Shown: piece by piece, positions 36,877 through 45,920 of the stretch
Layout: each line of letters starts with the position of its first letter
How positions within the stretch are numbered: the first letter of the stretch is position 1
From: an uncultured Aliarcobacter sp.
Lineage (GTDB): Bacteria > Campylobacterota > Campylobacteria > Campylobacterales > Arcobacteraceae
DNA: 64,000 nucleotides
NCBI GenBank assembly: GCA_963664305.2
Contig: CAXXLV010000001.1
Span: forward strand, 224,001-288,000
Direction of reading: 5' to 3'
Notes under the pieces: generated by a model
What the model saw: only the letters and a program-made list of their open reading frames with translations
Told to the model about the DNA's origin: nothing
The model's database searches: none
Position numbers and translations under genes: made by a program

Positions 36877-38595
36877 TTATTTGAAATTACTATTTCCTTC
36901 ATTTAATAATAATTCTATCATTCTAGCAATTTCTGCTGGATTATTATTTATGTCTTTGTCTAATTCTTCTATAAATACTTCATATTTTGCAGCAGATTCT
37001 TCATCAAGTCCTTCAATATTATTTAATATTTGACTTTTAACTTTTGATTTTAATCTACCTTGTGCTGTACTTGCATCAAATTCATTTTCATAATCTGTTA
37101 ACATGTCACTAACTAGATTTTCATCATTACCATCAACTTTTTGTTTAGTTCCATCACCTAATATAACAATTTCATTTGAAGCAATGAATTTTTTATAAAA
37201 CACAAAAAGTAATATAGCAGCAATTATATATTGAATATATTCACTAAAATCTTTTAAAAGAGATCTTACCATTGTTACAGTATCAACAGAATCTTCTGTA
37301 ACAACTACAGCATTTCCATTTGCATCAACAGTTTGAGTAATTTGATCTAAAGGTTTAACACCAATAAATTTAAAATCTTTAACTGTAACTTTATCTCCTC
37401 TTGCTTTATCATAACCAATTGTATCTTGAACAATTGACTCTAATGAAGTTATAAATTCATCTTTATTAGGAACATCTTTTAAAACTGAAGAATCAAAAGT
37501 TACAGCAGCGGTTATTCTTTTAATATTCATATAATTATTATCTTTTTGACTAATTACTTTCTTAGATATTTCATAATTTGTAACAGTATTTGTACCTTCA
37601 CTATTTGAAGCAATGTTTGAATTTCCTGTAGCTGTTGATGGAGTTTGAATATTATTATCAACACCGGCAACTCCACCGTTAGTAGAAGGCATACCTTGTG
37701 AATTTGAAGTATTTTCAATAACCTGTTGAGAACGAATACTTCCTTCTGGATTATAAATTTCCTCTTCAATATCTTTTTTAATAAAATCTAAAGACATTGT
37801 AACTTTTGCAACAACTCTACCCACTCCAACAAATGGTTCTAAAAGAGCTACAATTTTTTTAGAGTATTCATCTTCTAAATCAGTTTTATATTTATTTTGT
37901 GTAGTTGATTTTTGGTTATTAATATCATCAGCTGACATTTCTAATAAACTTCCATCTTGATCAATAAGTTGGATATTTTCTTCTTTTAGATTAGGAACTG
38001 CAGAAGCTATAAAATTCTTTATCCCGTCAATTTGTTTTTGAGTTAAAAAAACACCTGGCTTCAAAGATAACATTGCAGAAGCTGTTGTATCAGATTTTTT
38101 TTCAGTAAAAATTGTATCTTTTGGAATTGCAACTTTTACACTTGCTCTTAAAACACCACTTAAAGATTCTAAAGAACGAGATAATTCACCTTCTAAAGCT
38201 CTTAAATATTTAACGTTATTTTCAAAATTTGTAGTACCTAAAGAAGATTTCTCAAAAATCTCCCATCCTACATGTTTACTAGTTGCAGCTTCACTTGTTA
38301 CTAACTTTATTTTAGCAATATTAATAAACTCTTTTGATGTTTTTAATGTAAGATTATTTCCTGAACCAACAACAGAAAATTGAATCCCAGAAGCTTCAAG
38401 CTCATCACTAGCAAGCATTACTTGTGATTTAGTTAAATTTGAAGCAATTGTGTAATTTAGTTTCTTATCTTCTGCTTTGATACTTGAATAAATTAATAAA
38501 CCAACTAATAGTATAAATAGTAAAGAAAATCCCCCTATTATTACTGCTCTTTGAGCTGTGTTTAAATTATTTATAAACTTTAAAAGTTGATCCAT
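36877..38595 (-). CDS. fliF: MS-ring protein FliF
   Basis: GWEIFE, RALEGELSRS, ASAVPNL, RGDKVTV; two TM helices. Confidence 0.97.
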   Translation of the reverse strand: MDQLLKFINNLNTAQRAVIIGGFSLLFILLVGLLIYSSIKAEDKKLNYTIASNLTKSQVMLASDELEASGIQFSVVGSGNNLTLKTSKEFINIAKIKLVTSEAATSKHVGWEIFEKSSLGTTNFENNVKYLRALEGELSRSLESLSGVLRASVKVAIPKDTIFTEKKSDTTASAMLSLKPGVFLTQKQIDGIKNFIASAVPNLKEENIQLIDQDGSLLEMSADDINNQKSTTQNKYKTDLEDEYSKKIVALLEPFVGVGRVVAKVTMSLDFIKKDIEEEIYNPEGSIRSQQVIENTSNSQGMPSTNGGVAGVDNNIQTPSTATGNSNIASNSEGTNTVTNYEISKKVISQKDNNYMNIKRITAAVTFDSSVLKDVPNKDEFITSLESIVQDTIGYDKARGDKVTVKDFKFIGVKPLDQITQTVDANGNAVVVTEDSVDTVTMVRSLLKDFSEYIQYIIAAILLFVFYKKFIASNEIVILGDGTKQKVDGNDENLVSDMLTDYENEFDASTAQGRLKSKVKSQILNNIEGLDEESAAKYEVFIEELDKDINNNPAEIARMIELLLNEGNSNFK

Positions 38596-38611
38596 AAAAT
38601 GATTATCCTAA

Positions 38612-39019
38612 TTAATTTTTTGCAGAAGATTCAATTACTGATCTAAATAATCTAGAATCTTTTTTTATAGACGATTGTATTGCATCGAAAATAATTTTAT
38701 TTTTTGATTGTTCACTCATTTGACTATCTAAATTTACATTATTACCATCATTTTGTTCTTCTAAACCTTGAACTTGAACTAATCTTGGATTTGAAATATT
38801 TGATAAAGAATTTATATTAGAAAGATGTTTTGAATCTGTTTGTTTTAATTGTAAAGTATTATTTAGAGCTGAATTTTTAAGTTCATCTTCAAAAACTAAA
38901 TCTTGTGTTTTGTAATTCGGTGTGTTTATGTTTGCAATATTGCTTGATATAACTTTTTGTCTTTCACCTCTAAAATTTAATTGTTGAAAAAGTGTACTAG
39001 TTACGCTACTTGCTTCCAT
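38612..39019 (-). CDS. flgB: Rod protein FlgB
   Basis: RQKVISSNIANINTPNYK; NDGNNVNLD. Confidence 0.95.
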   Translation of the reverse strand: MEASSVTSTLFQQLNFRGERQKVISSNIANINTPNYKTQDLVFEDELKNSALNNTLQLKQTDSKHLSNINSLSNISNPRLVQVQGLEEQNDGNNVNLDSQMSEQSKNKIIFDAIQSSIKKDSRLFRSVIESSAKN

Positions 39020-39738
39020 TATTTAGTATTACTCCCAATTTTCTCAATTAATCCTGCATTAAGTTCATCTATTGATTTAACTGCTCTTTGTGATTGATCA
39101 AATCTTCTATGAGCATCGATTAATTCAACCATTGCAGTAACTGAATTTACATTAGATTTTTCAACAGCACCTTGAACAATCATATTATCATTATTTCCAA
39201 ATATTTCCATTTCATTCTGATTTTTTACAGAATAAGTATTATCACCTATCTTTTCAAGATTTGTATAAGGAATTTTAACTACTCCAATTTGTGATTCAAA
39301 ACCATTTTCAACAACTATTGGTTCATTATCTGAATTTAATACATTATTACCATTTGAATCAACTAAAAAATTATCTAAATTTTTAAATGCCCCATCTCTT
39401 GTGTATACAATATCTCCATTTTGATTTTGTATTTTAAAAAATGTATCAGGAGCATTCATTGCAAAATCTAAATTATTTCCAGTCATTACAACTGGACCAC
39501 TTTCAGGATTAATATATTTTGAATCAATTTTTGGAATATTATTTGTAACGATATTATTAATAGTAGGTGCTTTATTTTCAGACTGCATTCTTTCTAAATA
39601 ATAATTAAAAGTAGTTTCGGTTGTTCCCTCTTGTTTAAATCCAAAAGTATTAACATTTGCTAAATTATTACTAATTTGATCCAATCGATTAATTTGATTA
39701 ACCATTGATGCGGCAAGAGGATAAACACCTTGATTCAT
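39019..39738 (-). CDS. flgF: Rod protein FlgF (FlgG-like)
   Basis: SNNLANVNTFGFK, YTRDGAF, EKSNVNSVTAMVELI. Confidence 0.85.
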   Translation of the reverse strand: MNQGVYPLAASMVNQINRLDQISNNLANVNTFGFKQEGTTETTFNYYLERMQSENKAPTINNIVTNNIPKIDSKYINPESGPVVMTGNNLDFAMNAPDTFFKIQNQNGDIVYTRDGAFKNLDNFLVDSNGNNVLNSDNEPIVVENGFESQIGVVKIPYTNLEKIGDNTYSVKNQNEMEIFGNNDNMIVQGAVEKSNVNSVTAMVELIDAHRRFDQSQRAVKSIDELNAGLIEKIGSNTK

Positions 39739-39755
39739 TACTACTCCTTTAAAAT

Positions 39756-40715
39756 CTATTTATTATTTGAAAATTCAGCTATTAATTTATCTAAATCATC
39801 ACCAATTAAATCATCAGTATTATCACCATGTATATGTTTTGCAACAGCGATATCTTTAGAATTCCCATCATCTTCAAATAAATTATTTAAATATAATGAA
39901 AGTTTTCTTATAACAGCCATTACTCTTTCTATTTTTTGTCTATTAATGTCATTAAATTGCATTAATTCCATTGCTTGGAAAATTTGGTTATCTTCATCAT
40001 TTAAAAGATTTTTTACACTTTTTAAAGATTCATTTGTTGTTTTTGCATTATTTAGATGTTCATCAAAAACTTTTATATTTGGAAATTTATTAGATAACGA
40101 ATTTAATAAATTCATTTGAGAATTAACAAAACTCTCATAATCTTTAAAAACTTTTCTAATTTCATTATTGTTATCCAATGTAAAACTTAAAACATCAAAT
40201 ATTTGAGAAACTTTTTCCTCTGAATCATTTGCAACTTGTGTTAACTGATTAACAACTTTTGTATCTTTTTCTGCAGGTAAAGGAAATACACCTTCGTTTA
40301 TTTTACTTGAAGTCCAATCTTTCACAATATCATCTTCACTTCGTTCTAGCCGTTTTTCTGGATAATCGTTTTTTACTTCTTCAACTTTTATTTCTGGTAT
40401 ATCTAAAGTAACTTCTTCCTCAACTGGTTCAGATGAAGATTCAATATCTTTGAGTAAATCCTCAATTTCGCTGTTTTTAATAAATGCATCATTTTCAGAA
40501 TTGCTCTTAATATCATTTACAGAGACAACAGTATCATCTATATCTTCAGATTTATCATCTATCTCTTCTTTTATATCTTCAGTTTGAGACAATAATTCTT
40601 CTATTTCTTTTGTATTTACTTTTGCAGGTTGAGAGACTTCTTCAGGTTCATTTTCATCATCAACGATATCCAAACCATTCATCAAAGCTTCAATCTCTTC
40701 TTGACTCATACTCAT
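39756..40715 (-). CDS. cheZ: CheZ phosphatase (Campylobacterota type)
   Basis: MQFNDINRQKIERV carries the catalytic DxxxQ; C-terminal DDLDKLIAEF amphipathic helix; next to cheY. Confidence 0.85.
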   Translation of the reverse strand: MSMSQEEIEALMNGLDIVDDENEPEEVSQPAKVNTKEIEELLSQTEDIKEEIDDKSEDIDDTVVSVNDIKSNSENDAFIKNSEIEDLLKDIESSSEPVEEEVTLDIPEIKVEEVKNDYPEKRLERSEDDIVKDWTSSKINEGVFPLPAEKDTKVVNQLTQVANDSEEKVSQIFDVLSFTLDNNNEIRKVFKDYESFVNSQMNLLNSLSNKFPNIKVFDEHLNNAKTTNESLKSVKNLLNDEDNQIFQAMELMQFNDINRQKIERVMAVIRKLSLYLNNLFEDDGNSKDIAVAKHIHGDNTDDLIGDDLDKLIAEFSNNK

Positions 40716-40729
40716 GATAAGACCTTATG

Positions 40730-41101
40730 TTATTTTTTTAATACCCCATCAAGTTTTTCTTTCAAAACTTCTGCATTAAATGGTTTAACTATATAATTAT
40801 TAACTCCTGCTTTTAATGCAGTAATTACTTCACCTTTTCCACCTTCTGTTGTAATCATAATGATTGGAGTTTTTTGATGAGTCCCCTCAGATCTAACTTT
40901 TTTAACAAGTTCTAAGCCATTCATATTTGGCATATTCCAATCTGTCAAGATAACATCATAATGAGCTTCACAAAGAAGTTTCCAAGCTTTAACCCCATCT
41001 TCAGCTTCATCAAAATTTTCTTTCGAAAAGCCTAATTGCATAACAACATTTCCAATAATTCTTCTCATTGTTGAGCTATCATCAACTATTAGAATTTTCA
41101 T
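40730..41101 (-). CDS. cheY: Chemotaxis response regulator CheY
   Basis: Single receiver domain: VDDSSTMRRI, TDWNMPNMNG, TTEG, YIVKPF. Confidence 0.95.
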   Translation of the reverse strand: MKILIVDDSSTMRRIIGNVVMQLGFSKENFDEAEDGVKAWKLLCEAHYDVILTDWNMPNMNGLELVKKVRSEGTHQKTPIIMITTEGGKGEVITALKAGVNNYIVKPFNAEVLKEKLDGVLKK

Positions 41102-41145
41102 TAACTATCCCTTGTAATTTAATTAAATATTTTCAGTAAATATGC

Positions 41146-41151
41146 ATTATA
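41146..41151 (-). promoter_or_regulatory. -10 box for the cheY-led operon
   Basis: Minus-strand TATAAT 45 nt upstream of cheY; AT-rich context lowers specificity. Confidence 0.45.
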
Positions 41152-41230
41152 TATTATTTGTTTTAAATTTACACTTAATATTTATAAAAAATAATTTAAG
41201 TGATTTATCAAATTTTAATTATTCTTAAAA

Positions 41231-41236
41231 TATAAT
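41231..41236 (+). promoter_or_regulatory. -10 box for the flgG operon
   Basis: TATAAT 30 nt upstream of the flgG ATG with AAGGA RBS; flanked by a 9-bp inverted repeat (41220-41228 / 41236-41244). Confidence 0.5.
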
Positions 41237-41265
41237 TAAGAATATGTAAAAATAAAGGATTTTCT

Positions 41266-42054
41266 ATGATTAGAGGACTTTACACTGCTGCAACTGGAAT
41301 GAATTCTATGCAACATCAAATTGATGTTACTTCAAATAATATCGCAAACGTTAATACAACTGCTTTTAAACAAGATAGAGCGGAATTTCAAGATTTAATG
41401 TATGAAACATTAAATTATACAGCTGGAAGAACAACTCAAACAACATTAAATCCTACAGGTATAGATGTTGGATTAGGGGTAAGAATATCAAATATCCAAA
41501 AAAATTTCACTGAAGGTGATTTAAAAACAACATCTAATACTTTTGACTTAGCAATTGAAGGAAAAGGATTTTTCCAAATTACACTACCAAGTGGTGAAAC
41601 AGCTTATACTAGAAATGGTAATTTCAAGTTGAATGCTGATGGTTCTATTGTGAATGGGAATGGATATCTATTATCTCCTGAAATTACTGTCCCTGATAAT
41701 GTAACTGACGTAACTATAGGTAAAGATGGAACTGTAACTGCAACAGATGCACAAACAGGTGATACTGTTGATTTAGGACAAATTACTCTTGCAGATTTTA
41801 TTAATCCAGCAGGATTAATTCCTCTTGGAGAATCTTTGTATATGCAAAGTGATGCTTCTGGTGATGTACTAGAAGGTAATCCTACAACTGACCAATTTGG
41901 AAGTGTACAACAAGGTATGATTGAGCTTTCAAATGTAAAATTAGTTAATGAAATGGTTGATTTAATTACAGCACAACGTGCTTATGAAGCGAACTCTAAA
42001 GCAATTACTACAGCTGATAGTATGCTTGATACGGTGAATAGATTAAAAAATTAA
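41266..42054 (+). CDS. flgG: Distal rod protein FlgG
   Basis: SNNIANVNT, AEFQDLMY, ELSNVKLVNEMVDLITAQRAYEANSK. Confidence 0.97.
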   Translation: MIRGLYTAATGMNSMQHQIDVTSNNIANVNTTAFKQDRAEFQDLMYETLNYTAGRTTQTTLNPTGIDVGLGVRISNIQKNFTEGDLKTTSNTFDLAIEGKGFFQITLPSGETAYTRNGNFKLNADGSIVNGNGYLLSPEITVPDNVTDVTIGKDGTVTATDAQTGDTVDLGQITLADFINPAGLIPLGESLYMQSDASGDVLEGNPTTDQFGSVQQGMIELSNVKLVNEMVDLITAQRAYEANSKAITTADSMLDTVNRLKN

Positions 42055-42077
42055 TTTAACTAGTTGATTTTATAAAA

Positions 42078-42461
42078 ATGAATTTAGACGAATTAAAACA
42101 AATTAGAAAAAGAAATTTTTTAGCTCATAAAAAGAAAAAAAAAGAGTATTACTTAAAAAGTAAAATTGCAAAAAAAGAAATTGATTATGAAGCTGAACTT
42201 AGTAGTGAAAATTTTTTTTCCAAAATAAAAACTATTGCCCATGAACAAAAAGTTTATATGGATAATAGAAAAGATGCGATAATATCGAAAATAAATGATT
42301 ATAAAAATACTAAAAAAGAGTATTATGAACAAAATAAAGAAAAAAGATTAGAATATAATAAAGAGTATAGGGAAAAAAAGAAAGAAGAACTTAAAGCATA
42401 TAGAAAAGAGTATTATAAAAAATTAAAAGAAAAACAACTTAATAATTGTGAAGAAGAGTAA
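42078..42461 (+). CDS. Hypothetical highly basic K/E/Y-rich protein
   Basis: 127-aa ORF tightly between flgG and the next gene; repeated KKEYY/KEYR motifs. Confidence 0.7.
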   Translation: MNLDELKQIRKRNFLAHKKKKKEYYLKSKIAKKEIDYEAELSSENFFSKIKTIAHEQKVYMDNRKDAIISKINDYKNTKKEYYEQNKEKRLEYNKEYREKKKEELKAYRKEYYKKLKEKQLNNCEEE

Positions 42462-42463
42462 AT

Positions 42464-43462
42464 ATGGCAGAAGATACAAAAGTAATAGAAGATGAAGGTT
42501 CAATTATAGTAGAAAATGGTTCTTTAAAAAAAGATAGCTCTGGAGAAATAAATATTCCCCTACAAGAAAATGATAATTCAGACATTAAAGAAATTCAAGA
42601 AGAATTTGTAAAAAAGCCTAAAAATAATCCTCTAAAAAAAGTTTTAATAGGAGTTATTCTTTTACTTGTTTTATTTATAATTATTGGTGCTGTCCTTTAT
42701 TTCTTAGGTTTCTTTAAACCAGAAGAAAAAGAGATTGTTCAAGAACAAACTCCTGTAGCTGTTGTTCAAGAAATGCCTAAAGAGGAATATAAATTTGATA
42801 TCAAAGATATAAACTCAAAAAAATTAAATGAAGAATTATCTTTTCTAACAAATAAAAATCTTAATCAAGAAAAAAATGAAGAGGCTGAAAGAATTGCCAA
42901 TGAAAAGAAACTAATAGAAGAAGAAAAGAAAAAAGAAGAAGAAGCTTTAAAAGCCCAAGAAAATACACTTGAAAAAGAAAGAATAGCATTAGAAGAGAAA
43001 AAAATAGCATTAGAAAAAGAAAAAGCTGAATTAGAAGCTTTAAGAGAAGAAGCTTTAAAAATTAAAGAAGAACTTGTTAATAAACAAAGTCAAAATGAAA
43101 ATAATATTGAACAAGAACAAGCTTCTAATGATAATGTGGAAGTAAAACAAAATGATACGGAAGAAATGATTTCAAGTTCTAAAAAGAATATAAATTTGTC
43201 AGAAGATGGTTTTTTAAAGTTTATCAATGTAGCTAAAATAAAAGGTCCTTTATATAAAAAATATTTAGATAAAGTTACTTCAATTAATCCAAATATACTT
43301 TTATGTAGAGATGATAAAAATAGAATAGAAATCTATTACGGACCATTCAAAGATGAAAATGAAAGAAGAGAACTTCTTGATAAATTATTATCAAATAAAT
43401 TTGACCAAGCTTATGAACTTGAATTTACAAAAGATGAATTTAATAGAAGATGTAATTATTAA
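42464..43462 (+). CDS. Bitopic membrane protein: acidic N-terminus, TM, coiled coil, SPOR-like C-terminal domain
   Basis: TM VLIGVILLLVLFIIIGAVLYFLGFF; E/K coiled coil; IEIYYGPFKDENERRELLDKL resembles the SPOR GPF motif. Confidence 0.7.
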   Translation: MAEDTKVIEDEGSIIVENGSLKKDSSGEINIPLQENDNSDIKEIQEEFVKKPKNNPLKKVLIGVILLLVLFIIIGAVLYFLGFFKPEEKEIVQEQTPVAVVQEMPKEEYKFDIKDINSKKLNEELSFLTNKNLNQEKNEEAERIANEKKLIEEEKKKEEEALKAQENTLEKERIALEEKKIALEKEKAELEALREEALKIKEELVNKQSQNENNIEQEQASNDNVEVKQNDTEEMISSSKKNINLSEDGFLKFINVAKIKGPLYKKYLDKVTSINPNILLCRDDKNRIEIYYGPFKDENERRELLDKLLSNKFDQAYELEFTKDEFNRRCNY

Positions 43463-43464
43463 AA

Positions 43465-43998
43465 TTAAGAATTTTCTAGAATATCAAAAGAGTTAATTAC
43501 ATTAATTCTTTTATTTTCAATATCTACATTTAGAACAAATTTATCAAAAATATGAGGTATTAAAAAAACTTTTGGATAACCTTTATTTACAAGTTCAATA
43601 TCAGTTGTAATTTCTAAATAGTCATTTAATGGATATCTTTGTAATTCTTTTACTTTACCTAATTTTAAATCATTTTCAAACACTTCACATGAAATTAAAT
43701 CAAACCAAAAAAATTCATTTTTGCCTAATTTACAACTTTCTTTTGTTTGTTCAATTGTTGAATATAACTCTTGATTTGTAAGTTTTTTTGCAGTATCAAC
43801 ATCTTCATAATTCTCAAATTTAACCAATTCTCTTGAAGAGTTGTATTCTAAAACTTTTAGTTGAAGATTTCGATTTGTAGTAAAAACAGCGCCTTTTTTA
43901 AATTGCTCTGGAAAATCAGAGTCTATAAAAAGTCTTAAATGACCTTGTAGACCTACTGCTTTCCCAAGTTTTGCAACATATACATTACTATTATTCAT
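43465..43998 (-). CDS. rimM: 16S rRNA processing protein RimM
   Basis: VAKLGKAVGLQG, EFFWFDLI, FLIP. Confidence 0.95.
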   Translation of the reverse strand: MNNSNVYVAKLGKAVGLQGHLRLFIDSDFPEQFKKGAVFTTNRNLQLKVLEYNSSRELVKFENYEDVDTAKKLTNQELYSTIEQTKESCKLGKNEFFWFDLISCEVFENDLKLGKVKELQRYPLNDYLEITTDIELVNKGYPKVFLIPHIFDKFVLNVDIENKRINVINSFDILENS

Positions 43999-44002
43999 AG
44001 AT

Positions 44003-44242
44003 TTATTTTACTACAACTTGTATTTTATATGAAACACCATCTTTTGCTTTACAACCATTTGCCATAGTTTTTAAAGCATTAATCATATTCCCATTTTTAC
44101 CAATAAGTTTTCCAATATCAACACTATTTACACTTATTGTTATTTCAGCAAAATTATCATCAATTAACTCTTTAGTTACAGTAACATCTTCTGGTACTCC
44201 AACAATCAGTTTTGCATAATTTTCTATGAATTTAGTAATCAT
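44003..44242 (-). CDS. khpA: KH-domain RNA-binding protein KhpA
   Basis: DIGKLIGKNG KH motif; between rpsP and rimM. Confidence 0.9.
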   Translation of the reverse strand: MITKFIENYAKLIVGVPEDVTVTKELIDDNFAEITISVNSVDIGKLIGKNGNMINALKTMANGCKAKDGVSYKIQVVVK

Positions 44243-44260
44243 TTTATTTTTCTAATCTAA

Positions 44261-44488
44261 TTATTTTGAAGCTAATTTTTTAACTTTTTCAGATGGTTTA
44301 GCACCAACACTTAACCAATAGTTATATCTTTCTTCATCAATTTTTAAAACTTTTGGCTCAACTACTGGGTTGAAATAACCAATTGATTCAATCCATCCTG
44401 AATCTCTTCTTTTTCTTGAATCTGTTACAACGATTCTATAAAATGGTTTTTTGTTTCTTCCCATTCTTGTTAATCTAATTACTGTCAT
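44261..44488 (-). CDS. rpsP: 30S ribosomal protein S16
   Basis: [25 protein letters not shown]; true start at 44488 after AAGGAAAG (the ORF track start is 21 codons too early). Confidence 0.98.
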   Translation of the reverse strand: MTVIRLTRMGRNKKPFYRIVVTDSRKRRDSGWIESIGYFNPVVEPKVLKIDEERYNYWLSVGAKPSEKVKKLASK

Positions 44489-44510
44489 GTTTTCTTTCCT
44501 TTTTTGAATT

Positions 44511-44558
44511 ATAGTATTGAATTCTAAACTCTTTTTGAGTTTACAGCTCAATACTATT
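44511..44558 (-). promoter_or_regulatory. Long inverted repeat between ffh and rpsP, overlapping a -10 box (44508-44513)
   Basis: ATAGTATTGA-attc-TAAACTC-ttttt-GAGTTTA-cagc-TCAATACTAT (10-bp plus 7-bp stems). Confidence 0.6.
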
Positions 44559-44567
44559 TATATTTAT

Positions 44568-45920
44568 TTATCTTGGAATTTTTGGCATTCCACCAGGTCC
44601 CATTTGAGACAACATATTTTGTAAACCTTTCATACCACCTTTAGTAGAAAGTTGTTTAGCCATTTTTGAAGCATTTTTAAATTGCTTCAAAATTTTATTT
44701 ATTTGAACTTCTGATAAACCAGAACCTTTTGCAATTCTTTTCTTTCTACTTGCATTCATAAGTTCAGGGTCTTCTCTCTCTTTTAATGTCATAGAGCTAA
44801 TTAGAGCTTTAATTCTTTTAATTTCAGCAGAGTTCTCAAAATCCATATCTTTTAAAGGTCCAGCCATTTGTGAAAGACCTGGAATCATTCCAATAATAGA
44901 TTTCATAGAACCTAATTTACTCATCATTGAAAGTTGTTCTAAAAAGTCATTGAAATTGAATTGACCTTTTTTAATTTTTTTACTTACTTCTTTTGCTTTT
45001 TTCTCATCTATAATTGCAGAAGTTTTTTCAGCAAGTCCTTCAATATCTCCAAGACCTAAAAGTCTTGAAACAATTCTATCAGGAATAAAAACTTCAAGGT
45101 CTGGCATTTTTTCACCAATACCGATAAATCTTAATGGAACTTCAACTTGGTGAGCAATTGATAAAGCAACTCCACCTTTTGTATCACCATCATATTTTGA
45201 TAAAATAACTCCATCAATTCCAATTTTTTCTTTAAAAGTTGTTGCTGTTTTTGTAGCATCATGTCCTGTTAAAGAATCAGCTACATAAAAAATTTCATTT
45301 GGTTTAACTGCATCTTTTATATTTTTTAATTGAAGCATTAATTCTTCATCAATTGCAAGTCGCCCAGCTGTATCTACTAAAAGTACATCATAATGTTCTT
45401 TTGTAGCTTTCTCTTTTGCTGCAAGTGCAATTTTAATTGGATCTTTTTCAACATCATCAAAATATATATCAACATCAATTTGTGCTGCTATTTGTTTTAA
45501 TTGCTCAACGGCAGCAAGTCTTTGTAAATCACAAGCAGCTACTAAAACTTTTTTCTTTCTTGTTTTTAAATAGTTTGCTAATTTACCTGTTGTTGTAGTT
45601 TTACCTGAACCTTGAAGTCCTGTCATTAAAACTATTGTTGGTGGAGTAGAAGAAAAAACAAAACCTTGATTTCCAGATGTCGTTAATAAATTTGTTAATT
45701 CACTTTTTAAAGCTCTTAAAAAAGAATCTTGTCCAATTCCTGCATTTTTTGTTTGTAATTCAATTGCACTTATAAGTTCTTTTGTAGTTTTATGATGAAC
45801 ATCTGCTTTTAATAAAGCTTTTTTTAATTCAGTTGTAGCTTTAGTTAACGCTGCAACATCATCTTGATGTCTTATTTTATTTACTGCATTTCTTATCGAG
45901 CCTGTTATTGAATCAAACAA
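44568..45920 (-). CDS. ffh: Signal recognition particle protein Ffh
   Basis: GLQGSGKTTT, DTAGR, SKYDGD, M domain RKKRIAKGSG; probable TTG start at 45920 after GGAG. Confidence 0.97.
   Translation of the reverse strand: MFDSITGSIRNAVNKIRHQDDVAALTKATTELKKALLKADVHHKTTKELISAIELQTKNAGIGQDSFLRALKSELTNLLTTSGNQGFVFSSTPPTIVLMTGLQGSGKTTTTGKLANYLKTRKKKVLVAACDLQRLAAVEQLKQIAAQIDVDIYFDDVEKDPIKIALAAKEKATKEHYDVLLVDTAGRLAIDEELMLQLKNIKDAVKPNEIFYVADSLTGHDATKTATTFKEKIGIDGVILSKYDGDTKGGVALSIAHQVEVPLRFIGIGEKMPDLEVFIPDRIVSRLLGLGDIEGLAEKTSAIIDEKKAKEVSKKIKKGQFNFNDFLEQLSMMSKLGSMKSIIGMIPGLSQMAGPLKDMDFENSAEIKRIKALISSMTLKEREDPELMNASRKKRIAKGSGLSEVQINKILKQFKNASKMAKQLSTKGGMKGLQNMLSQMGPGGMPKIPR

Noticed and set aside
42078..42461. 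Possible homing endonuclease or mobile element
   Set aside because: No HNH, GIY-YIG or zinc-finger motif, and no intron or IS ends.
10627..43462. Absence of fliM, fliP/Q/O, fliL, flgH/I/K, fliD/S and flagellins as a sign of a decayed flagellum
   Set aside because: All genes present have intact frames; the missing ones are probably in other loci outside the window.
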